Shown: in pieces, positions 10,458 through 20,000 of the stretch | Layout: every line of letters begins with the position of its first letter | Numbering within the stretch: the first letter of the stretch is position 1 | Source of the DNA: Toensbergia leucococca | Taxonomy: Eukaryota | Reading direction: 5' to 3' | Length of the DNA stretch: 20,000 nucleotides | NCBI GenBank assembly: GCA_022813965.1 | Contig: JALDZS010000112.1 | Coordinates: 56,010-76,009 of the forward strand | Translations under genes and position numbers: made by a program | Notes under the pieces: generated by a model | Told to the model about the DNA's origin: nothing | What the model saw: only the letters and a program-made list of their open reading frames with translations | Database searches by the model: none

Positions 10458-12217
10458 CTACTCTATTAAATATGAATCCGCCACAGATCTAATGTCTTTC
10501 GTAAATGACATGGCCTGATCCATCTCCAACAAAGTAACTGAAGACACCTGTTTGTTTAAGATCAGTAATTAGTCAAGTGGATCAATGGGGGTAAGCTTAC
10601 ATCAACGTTCACGAAGGGTTTACTCTTAGAGAACCGCACGGTTATCGGAAAGAACTCCCCTTCGTCTTCTGCTTGAGCCTCAAACTCGAAAGCTCCATTT
10701 GCATTCGAGTCGTCGATGGTACCAATCGTCCATTCCAGACTGTCCCCTGATACTTCGTACACGGCATCGAAGCTTGATACCGCTGGCTCACTAGTAGCGT
10801 AAGGTATTATTATAGACACGTCACGAAGGCTGTCTCCGCCTGTTAATTCGTATTCGACGGTAATAGTCCAGGATTGATCTGAACCTTTGTTCACCCAAAC
10901 CGTAAAGGTAATGGGAAGAATACTACTCTCGTCGGCTTTGCCCGCTAGATTCCAGCGCAGCACGCCAACTGAATTGTTCGCTGGAAAGCCCTTTGAAGCG
11001 TCCTTTAGCTGGATTGCTTTCGATGAATTGAAAAGTGCTCTATCGACGTTAGGGTGAGTGCGAAATTGGGCCCCATTGGTGGCATTGGCGATCAGATCAA
11101 GCTTGACTCTTGTAAGGGAAGGATCCGAAATCCGTAGCTGCAGATCACCTTTGACATTGAAGGACTTCAGAGAGCCTTCCCTTGAAAGTTTCGCGGAGAT
11201 GCTCTCCACTACTGTGATGTGGATAGCATCACGATCAAGTGATGAAGAAATGCGTGCTGATGGCGTCGTCTCGGCAGGAAGTATCGGCTGTGCGCTTGAC
11301 ACGAGGGGCGCCGACTCCTCTGCTTGCGCGCCAAGATCTCCCCTTACTTGTTCAAACATGTCCGTAGTTTTAGATTTCTTGCCCAATTGCATACCTTTAC
11401 CTTTAGGCGCAACCGCCCTAAGAGGCGTAAGTATTAGGTTTTCGTGCTTCAGCAGGGGTAAACTAACTTGAACGATTTATTTCTCTCTGCCTCATAACTA
11501 TCGTACGTGTCTGCTACTGAAGGTCTCGTCGGCGGTGTATAAGTCGGGTACGCTGGCGTTCGGGACGTGGCGCCGCGGCCACTACGAGCCATCTCCTTAC
11601 GCTGTAGCTCAAGCTGTTTGGCTTTTCGTTTACGTTCTTCTGTAGCCTCAAGTTCCTTGTTCTACATGGAGGTATTAATTTCAGTCAGTCATTAAGTCTG
11701 TAGTGGCAGCGATCGTACCCTTGAGATGATCTCTTGTATCCTTTCTTCGTGACTCTCCATCTCCAAGAAGGTTTTGATTTGCCCCAGGGATAGATTCTCC
11801 CGATAGCCCAAGGTCACCAACTCATCGAAGGCACTAAGTAATTCGTATGCGTTGCGCAGAATCTCTCTCTCATCCAAGCTTTTACAAATGCTGGTTACAA
11901 CTTGCGCAAACAGATGCAGCGAGTCGATGTCTTGTAAGATATTTGATTGTCGATTTGTGATGAGAACCATGTAAAGCTCATCTAGCGGTTGATAAACATA
12001 TCGGACATTGTCTTGCTCTACTGTGGTGTGTTGCGTTCCGGTGTCGGCAAGCTTAGGGAACGATGCGAGAAGACCTTCAATCCTTGACCGAGAAATCTCA
12101 CGAAATTGGCGGGAGAGGACTGCCTTTCCACCTCGAGTACATATTGAAGCTGCAAGGACAACCTGAAGTTATTCAGCCAATTGCTGAGGGATCGTGGACC
12201 ACGAATGAACGTACCAT
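10458..12217 (-). CDS. RET2: Coatomer (COPI) subunit delta (~515 aa, 5 exons; first coding exon is ATG only)
   Basis: Exons 12217-12215, 12162-11719, 11661-11468, 11417-10601, 10547-10458; total 1548 nt. Longin N-terminus MVVLAASICTRGGKAVLSRQF..IEGLLASFPKL..VRYVYQPLDELYMVLITNRQSNILQD, then EMESHEERIQEII, KGMQLGKK, and mu-homology domain motifs FRTHPNVD and GVLRW. Confidence 0.97.
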
Positions 12218-12789
12218 GACTATTCGTGGCTATTCTAGGGCTACAGCATGAGAGAAAGAGCTGGCCTAATAGATGGGAGGAAGCCTCTTCCAATGAATGA
12301 ATTGGTGAAATGTTGTTCAGAAAGAACATCCGCTTACGTAAGTGGAAGCTTTGATATCCTCGTATCCGTATCCGTACCTTACCGAGCTTACTATGGCGGC
12401 GAGGGCGGATATGCGGAGGTGCGCTAGAGATAAGGCTGAGGAGGCGTTCATCACCTCTCGACCTCATCTTGGTCACCGCGCTAGATTTACTTTAGACTTC
12501 AAGCACGTCTGAAGTACTTACTCGATACGCGCTCACAAGTCATTTCCACCATCTCAAAACATCTTCTGTCAATCTCGTCTCTTTGCATTCACACGGAAAG
12601 GAATTTCGGCACGCATCCATCCGGTCAACGCAGCCTTTGACTCATAGACTGAGTAGCTAACTTATTTTCAACACTCTTTACTTGAGAGTCAAATCAAGTA
12701 ACCTCTTAGGCAAAGCCATGTCGCGTACTGTACCCACACGAGTGTCATGAAACTTGAATCTTTCGGAACTCTTACCACATATCTGTGCC
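12218..12789. promoter_or_regulatory. Short divergent (probably bidirectional) promoter region between delta-COP and the acidic protein gene
   Basis: Head-to-head start codons ~570 bp apart; pyrimidine-rich stretch around 12540-12600 on the + strand. Confidence 0.6.
12718..12750 (+). other. Candidate uORF MSRTVPTRVS*
   Basis: GCC-ATG TCG CGT ACT GTA CCC ACA CGA GTG TCA TGA, in the same frame as the main CDS at 12790. Transcription start unknown. Confidence 0.4.
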
Positions 12790-15502
12790 ATGACAATGCT
12801 ACACCACCTCAATACTTCCCAGCTCGAGGTATCAACAATTGAAGACCCAATGGAGCTTTCTTCGGATGTGGATCGACGTCCTATTGCCGATGAGGATATC
12901 GATGTTGACGTTGAACTGACCGGCGATCATCCGAATGAGCACGAAGATGAGTATATGATAGAATATGTCGATTCTGTGGCGGATCAGAAGGTGCTGAACG
13001 AAACGGATTCACAGGGTGAAATAGACGATGAGATGATTGATGATGGATATTCGTCTGGCGCGGCAGAAGGTACTCGCTCTGTCTATGATGAAGATTTACT
13101 AGATGCAGATGATCTGGTGCAAGACGATGGGCCCACATTGACGATTGAGACCATTGGAGAAACAACCTTACAGCATACTTCTGAGTTGATAGAGCATACA
13201 TCGCATATCGAAGGAGACCAAATCACAGATAATGTGCATCACCAAGAGCCCGACGAGCCCCAAGCAATCTCTCGTGATGACGAAGTATCGATCACTGCGT
13301 TACCTGTCGATGAGAATGATGTCATAGCTGACACAAGGCTTGCGCCTACCGAAGTCCAAGACCATGCATCTCCTCTAGATTTTGGCGGACGCGCAGAGGT
13401 TGTGGACCAAGACGACTCCCCTTTACCGCCTAATTGGTACGAAGTTGCTGATACTGAGACGAACTCTGTTACACGAATCGACGGCCTTCAGGAAAAACAC
13501 GAGATCCATACACCTCTGCCAGATCACGGTACTGATACTAGTCCGCGAAGGAAGATTATCTCTCAAAGTGACATGTCTTTGCAAAGACCCATCTTTCTAC
13601 ATCCAATTATTGTGGTATATCAAGACAATGAGATATCGCTATTTCCTCCATTGGATCAGGACCAGGAGCATTCACAAACGTACTTTCTACAGGATGAAAC
13701 ATATGCCTACGGTAGTTTTAAGAAGCTTCTAAGTGCTTGCAGGTTAGTACTTGCAGGAAGTATTAGCGAGCAAGACGAGTTGGAGATTAGACTCGACGAT
13801 TTGGGTCTTCAGATCTGCGAGGTGAGCACTTGAGTTACTGTATTGAATAGGCTGGTTGCTGATGTCGTTTTTCTTTACAGTCCAATGCAGAATCTTCCAC
13901 AGCTACGCTTGTGCAGCTGTTGGATATCTACCTGCAACTACAACAAAATGATGGAGTTGAGAACCCAGATCCGCTTTATATTGTCTTGCAAACTAAAATT
14001 CGCTTTTCATCTCGATTGGAATACCTGCTTACCGCCGTTGCTGAAAGTAGAGGCTTTTCAGAAATTTCAGTCATGGACAGAATCGACGAACAAGTTCAAC
14101 AACACGATTCTTTAAAAGAGGAAGGTTCTAGCCATCAAGATGCAGAATTAAGCCCGAGCGAGTCGGAGTACGAAAGAAGGGAAGTGACCAGTCATCAGGA
14201 GCACGACTTCAAGAAGAATAAGAACGACAATTTCCGCCAAGAAGTCCAGTCGAAGAAAGACGTACGTCACCCACCTGCTCTGGAGGTGATTGCCATAGCT
14301 GCAAAAAATATCTCCCAACCAATTCTGCCTGATGATGATACAGAACAAGTGGAAGACCTGACAGATTCTAACTCATCCGAGCAAGAAATCGTAGCTATGC
14401 AGGCTGAAGAGTTGCTCAATTCGAGGTCGAACCCAGAGGGCAACGATATAGCCTCTCTGCAGCAAATGCCGCTGATATTTGATGACGGAGACTTGATCGA
14501 CTATGAGGACGAAGAAGACGAATCCTTTCACGAGTTGTCTACTGAATCATCTACGCTCCAAGGTGATGGTCCTGAGGCTACAGCTAGTGAATTTCAAGCG
14601 AGTATTAACAACATGTTATCGTCAGAAGACTCTAAGGATGCTATGAGGAACACATCTGTACTTGTGCCAGACCAGCAACTATACCCTGAACCTTCTCATG
14701 AGTTTATCCCTGATGATCCTGTCCCAGATAGTGCTTTTCTGGGTGCCGATGATAATCAATCTACTAATTTTCAGGATGAGCCAAATGAAAAGGTGTTCGA
14801 AGAGCAACCTGGGAGTCATGTTGCACAAGAGGTTGAACTTCAAACGGATCTCGATGAACACCTGGAACTCCAGAAATCTCCACAAGGCCAAATTCCTGAA
14901 AGTACTGTAGGAAATTTGTCTCAAGCTGCACTTGAAGCAACCAGCAAAAAAGATATGGATGACGAGGATGTAATTCCAGAGATTCCCCCCAAACTTGATT
15001 CAGAAAAAGTCGAGCATATTTCACCTAATCTTCCGGATGACCTGGAAGAAAACAGCTCATTTAGCAGTGGTCATGAGCAAAAAGCACCAGCCTCCGTCGG
15101 TGCTATTGAAATAGCCAATACCGATATCTCTAACAAGACAGGAAGGCATGAAACACAAACTTATGGTAGCAACGATACCGTGAACAACGAAGTCGAATTC
15201 TACGCAGACAATGAAGAGGAGTTTGACAGCAACGAACACTCCACGCGGGCTAAACTACATAATGAAGAGGCCGATGAAATCACATATGAAGATGACGATG
15301 ATATTGAACCTGTTAGGTCCTCAACAGAATTACTCCAAAGCCTTAGTCCCAATTCCAAGTCGTCGAAGCGTGCCCGGAATACTCGCGAAGAGGAGGGTGT
15401 TGTTGAAGAAAATTGTCAAGGTACTTTTAGAAGTCAGGCTAGCAATTTAGCTCCGTTGATTACTGATGACTTCCAGATGTCAAACGTCTTCGCTCAGGAT
15501 GA
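12790..15502 (+). CDS. Large Asp/Glu-rich, mostly disordered protein with a central DUF2420 (RMR1/UPF0646-like) domain and C-terminal basic NLS-like motif (~865 aa, 3 exons)
   Basis: Exons 12790-13821, 13881-15420, 15477-15502; introns GTGAGC..CAG and GTACTT..CAG; total 2598 nt. Folded core HPIIVVYQDNEISLFPP..TYFLQDE..LLSACRLVLAGSISEQDELEIRLDDLGL..LLDIYLQLQQNDG..PLYIVL..RFSSRLEYL. Ends SKRAR...DVKRLRSG*. Domain name is from recollection; the start could be 12790, 12796 or 12850. Confidence 0.8.
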
Positions 15503-16649
15503 TCTTATCTCTCTCAGGGGACGTGACTAAGGCTACGCAATTCCATTTATGAACGCTGGGTACCTCTGAACTGCAATTTACTGCGTTTTGATGTCTTTGA
15601 CGGGACCGCCAATGGACCTACCCCAATCGCTGCAGTCTTGTTCCGTTCTTCTCCGACGATCATTCGGGCTTGCCATGGGTTAGCAATCCTTCGACTTTTT
15701 AATCCTCGGCATAATCCGCCAACAGATTGCTAACGCTCAGCTTGAGAATTTGAAAGCTAACATCAGTAGGTATGTCATACAGAAAATTCTCCGCAGTTGT
15801 AGGTGTCCCATTTCCAGTTTCTCATCCGTCTCCCCTTTATGATACCCAGAAGTTGTCTGCTCCCCCAGTCGTTTTGCATAGGTCAATCCCCAGCCTGGAG
15901 TACTCTGATTTACTTCTCCGGCGTTACTTACTGCCTCGATGTTGAGAGCAATCTTATGGGATGGTCGAGTTTCTAGTGACATCTTCATGCTGTCTTGCAC
16001 TTACGAAAAAGATTGCTGGTATGGCGATTTTGGACTCAATTGTCCCCGGATCGTATGAGGTACACTTGGTACTGTGGATTGGTGGAGGGAAGCCTAGAGA
16101 ACAAGCGCAAGTTCGAAAGCATGTATGTTGCTAGTAGTCGAACCTTGCTATTGTTCAAAGGTTTATTACGGTTCTTGTTAGTTGAGAGGTTTGTCAATGC
16201 AGCATTTTGCGAAAGTCTCCGGCGTTAATCTTGAGGGTCCAATGTTACTATCCTACCTGGCTAGAAGGGAATTGTTCAAGAGGTAATGCAATAGGGCTGA
16301 ATTGCTGAGGTCTAAAGAAGGGGGGAATACTGCGAGGCTTGCTGTAGAAAATTCTTCAGTCAGCATTGATTATGATGACTAAAAGAGGTAAAGATCATGT
16401 CTGAAATCCTTACTGAAATTATCAAGATCAATATCATCATCCATACCGTATCACGTCATTACCTAGTTGGTGAATAGGGAGGTAGCCATGGTCAATAGCT
16501 ATGTTTCTGCATGTATGGCCAATCACTCAATGAAAATCGAAAATTGAAATATCGTACGGATAGGTACGCTCTACTTGTACGGATATAAGATTAAGGTTCC
16601 ACTTGTCCCTGTCGAGCCATCTAGGTAGGCTAGACTACCCGCTGCTGGT

Positions 16650-16900
16650 TCCTATTAGCTCTTCTCACCCCCTGCCTCGTAATTCCACCTCGAACAGTCC
16701 CAGAAACATCTCTACCATCGACTGCCACTTCTACTTGCAGCTCTAAGTTTCATAGAGACGCCCCTCTTTCGTCTCAGCACCCTGCTGCTTCTCCACTCCG
16801 CCCTTTTTCGTCATCCGAACTCCCCATCAGATCTCCCGTTGAACTTTTCATTCCATTTCGCTTACTGTCCTTTAACCCCATTCCTACCAATCACAAGCTG
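16650..16900 (+). promoter_or_regulatory. CT-rich core promoter / 5' leader of the NIPA gene
   Basis: Strongly pyrimidine-biased + strand, typical of filamentous-fungal transcription start regions. I found no ATG between 16533 and 17090. Confidence 0.5.
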
Positions 16901-17090
16901 CTACATTTGAGACCACGAAGCTTCTAAAATTCAGTAGAGCCAACGCCAATTATATTCGGCGGACTTGCTTCAGACCAGCAAGAGAACGCAGAGCTGGCTT
17001 TACGTGGTCCTTTGGAATTGGGAGGCAATTCGAGGAGGGAATCCACATCTCCATTTAGTCAGGGCTGGTGGTAGCGCACCGCCTACTGCG

Positions 17091-18407
17091 ATGGTGGACG
17101 ACAAGTATATCGGACTGGCGCTGGCAATTGTGTCGACCATGGCAATTGGTACCAGCTTCGTCATCACAAAGAAAGGTCTATTAGAAGCCAGCGAGCGACA
17201 TGGGTTTGAAGGAGAGGGATTTGCCTATCTGAAGAGTCCCACATGGTGGGGGGGAATCATCACATTGGTCGTCGGCGAAGTTGCCAATTTCGCCGCCTAT
17301 GCATTTGCGCCTGCGATTCTAGTAACGCCTCTAGGGGCATTAAGTGTCCTGATCGGTGCCGTACTGGGAGCTTACTTTCTCAAAGAGGAGCTGGGAACAT
17401 TGGGCAAGCTTGGGTGTGCCATGTGCCTCATTGGCTCAGTGATAATCGTCTTACATGCGCCTCCTGATAAAGAGATCGAGAGTATTGAACAGATATTACA
17501 CTTCGCTTTACAGCCAGGTAAGGACTTTGGCACAGTCTCCAAGGCTGATACTCACTAAACCGTATGTTTTGTTGCAGGCTTCCTGCTCTATTGCATTGCA
17601 GTAGCCGTCTTCTCAAGCGTCATGATCTACAGGGTCGCTCCGAAGTACGGGAAGAAAAATCCCCTTATATATATCTCGATCTGTTCGACTGTTGGATCTG
17701 TATCAGTGATGTCTGTTAAAGCATTCGGCATCGCGTTGAAGCTGACTCTCAACGGAAACAATCAATTCAGCCATCCGTCGACCTATGTTTTTGCGATTGT
17801 CGTGGTGGTCTGCATATTAACACAGATGAATTATTTCAATAAAGCCTTAAGTCAATTCTCGACTTCCTTGTGAGCACCCCGCTCATCTCAATAAGCTGGG
17901 TTGAAAAGTACTGATATGTGATGAAGGGTGAATCCTCTGTATTATGTGACCTTCACCACTGCTACGCTATGCGCCTCATTTATTTTGTTTCGAGGCTTCA
18001 ATACTTCGGACGCTGTTAACACCCTGTCTCTCCTTAGCGGATTTTTGGTAATCTTTACTGGGGTGTACCTGCTCAACCTCTCGAGGGGAGATCCAGATGG
18101 GCATCGGCTTCTCAACGGGAAGGCCGAGGACGGGGTACCGACGGACGGCATTGCAGGTCTGCAGACTCGACGAAGCATGCAGAGCCGTCGAAGCTCGGAG
18201 CCCAATCGCCAAAGCAATGGTGGACTTGGCTTTGGAATACGGGGAGACAGAGAAGGGTTGATACATGCATATGATGTGGAAAACGGGGGCTTTGGATTGA
18301 CTGATCTCGCGGAGGACAGTGAAGCCGAAGACGAAGAGCTGCATCGCACCCCAAGCGAAGCAACGAGTAATAATTATCGAGCAGTCTCCAAGGATCATGG
18401 TCGGTAA
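17091..18407 (+). CDS. NIPA-family (DUF803) magnesium transporter (~399 aa, 3 exons)
   Basis: Exons 17091-17517, 17578-17869, 17927-18407; total 1200 nt. Motifs DKYIGLALAI..IGTSFVITKKGL, YLKSPTWWGG, GEVANFAAYAFAPAILVTPLGALSV, YISICSTVGSVSVMSVKAFG, QMNYFNKAL, VNPLYYVTFTT. Multiple hydrophobic segments. Confidence 0.96.
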
Positions 18408-19394
18408 CGCCAGCTTCTTCCACGCTTTCTTGGAAGATCAATCACAAAGTGCAGCAGATTGCAGGCAACAATGTCCTTTACGTGATTTTGAGGTTTTTTT
18501 AAATCAGATTTCCCTGGGTGTCAGCACCAGGGCTCGTGCATGGGCGGCGTTCTCGGGTGTACGTTTGGGTCTGCTCTTCAATGAGGTAATCAAATGCATG
18601 TGCATGTCCGGCATGGAATATACCCAGGTCTGTTGTATGGGCAAGAAGGTCAAAAAGGTCAAGGTTTTTTTGAGGTGGTTGAGGACTATTGATGGTACGA
18701 GACAAGAAGAAGTCCAACACGCTCAATGGAGAATGGGTGAACCGTCTTTACCATCCTTTTTGCCATGCCAAGTGACATGAAACAATGTGAATCTAAGCTT
18801 TTGGATGCGTACATCATGGCAAAATAGTACGACAAGATTTTACCGCATATGGTATTTCAAGCGAGGTACGGAGTATGCTAGTTGGAATTAATTATTACAT
18901 CTTTTTCCACTTTTTGTTTTGTCAGCAAAATTTTCTGCCATTATTCCCTCCAGCTCGATTTTCCGTTCCTCGTCCAAATGTAAGATATCTGGCGGCGTTG
19001 ATTCTCGCTTCTGTTTCCGGATCTGCTATCAATATCATCAAAATACCTTGCTTCGCTCGTACAAGCTCTGTTTCTGCTTCTGCATCTTCTGACTGTTGCA
19101 CAGGTTATCATACGGGATAACGATTCCCTGCTTGCCGGCCGTAGGCGAAGGAAGGTTTGATGAAACCCTCGGAGCGGTGAAGCGACGTCGTAGACTCATG
19201 GACTTTAGGCATTGATGTTGAATTACCTACCTTACGGAGTTCGGATAGTTCTAAATTGGATGCGGCTCCGCCAGCTTCCCAATTCTGTGCTACATACCTA
19301 CGTCATTCTTACGATATGAAAGCGACAAATATTCCATCTGTGTTAACAGTTTGGCTCGCACTCACTGGGAACGAAATCTCCTATAAGGGCCAAC

Positions 19395-20000
19395 ATGCCC
19401 GCACTCGTTCGCAAAGTTGCGATCATTGCTGCCGTTGACGGCCTAGTCCTACTGCCCTTAAGTCATCGAAATCAGAGGGAAATAGCCAGTTTTCAGATCA
19501 ACTATGCAACACACGACATCATCTCCCTAGGTCTCGCGCTTCCCGAATACCTGTCATCAGATTCGCTTGAAGCCCACGGCATTGTTGGTATTTGCTCTTT
19601 GGACTGGTTATAGGTAGACCTCGCTAATGCCGGTGCTTGCGAATCAAGGTCTTCTCACTGTAGCCTCGACCTCGTATCTGATCTCAATCACGCGCCGCCA
19701 ACAGATTGCACAAATTCGAGGGAAGCCTATCTTTGTAGTCACAGGAGTTGTCATTATACCCTTGTCATCACAATCGGACGCTAGAAACGCAATCCAAGAG
19801 GCTAAGGAGAGTCTTAAAAAGGAATTCGGAGATGCAGGACTAGGCGCATCGCCCGACAGTGACACATCCGAGGACGAAGAGAACGAACCCGAGAACCTTC
19901 ATACCGGATTCCCCGATGATGAGTTTCAGACTTTGCCATCGACGCCAGATACTTCGACATCTGCCATCCCCACGGCCATTACTCGAGCAAATCTCCAGAG
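19395..20000 (+). CDS. SAC (SacI-homology) phosphoinositide phosphatase, probably SAC2/INPP5F-like; 5' part only, runs off the window
   Basis: Exon 19395-19587 (MPALVRKVAIIAAVDGLVLLP..LEAHGIV), intron 19588-19648 (GTATTT..GCTAAT..AAG), then GLLTVASTSYLISITRRQQIAQIRGKPIFVVTGVVIIPLSSQ, open to 20000. The GIVGLL..YLISIT..VAQI pattern is typical of the SAC N-terminal domain. The catalytic CX5R motif is not in the window. Confidence 0.8.

Noticed and set aside
12361..12376. CGTATC-CGTATC-CGTA short tandem repeat
   Set aside because: Only ~2.5 copies; too short to interpret.
12018..12476. 152-aa - strand ORF spanning the delta-COP start
   Set aside because: Out of frame with delta-COP and runs through promoter and intron; the real gene is explained by the ATG-only exon.
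15737..16228. Short ORFs in the acidic-protein/NIPA spacer
   Set aside because: No recognisable domain, transposase signature or convincing splice structure.
16755..16775. GAGACG-N9-CGTCTC inverted pair (6-bp stem; looks like paired BsmBI sites)
   Set aside because: A 6-bp inverted repeat is expected by chance in 20 kb, and there is no vector context.
17942..18441. ORFs in all three antisense frames over NIPA exon 3
   Set aside because: Shadow ORFs of a coding exon, with no recognisable protein features.
18646..18665. AAGGTCAA direct repeats downstream of NIPA
   Set aside because: Short slippage-type repeat in a probable 3' UTR.
18319..18780. 153-aa + ORF overlapping the NIPA 3' end
   Set aside because: GTG start inside the NIPA CDS, no motif; most likely 3' UTR.
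1..20000. Prokaryotic-type systems (CRISPR, operons, defence islands), transposons, secondary-metabolite cluster, nested twin introns
   Set aside because: The sequence is spliceosomal-intron-rich fungal DNA. I saw no repeat-spacer arrays, TIR/LTR, transposase/RT or PKS/NRPS motifs, and all introns are short and simple.

Overview
Gene-dense, intron-containing eukaryotic DNA from a filamentous ascomycete (Pezizomycotina). A lichen-forming/Lecanoromycete-type host is a guess from sequence style only. I reconstructed exon structures by hand from GT..AG sites and frame continuity. Gene order: small Cys/His-rich ORF (+), Xaa-Pro aminopeptidase (-), importin-beta KAP95 (-), APC/C subunit APC4 (-), coatomer delta RET2 (-), large acidic DUF2420/RMR1-like protein (+), NIPA-type Mg2+ transporter (+), and the 5' part of a SAC-domain phosphoinositide phosphatase (+). 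All six complete spliced models sum to whole codons. No RNA genes, mobile elements or CRISPR arrays were seen. This is mostly a housekeeping block and I cannot claim a new biological system. The best leads are the uncharacterised Cys-rich microprotein, candidate uORFs in front of five genes (including a coupled ATGA stop/start pair), an insertion and paired CNH motifs in the aminopeptidase, an intergenic TACCTA motif, non-consensus splice signals, and a possible frameshifted APC4 tail.
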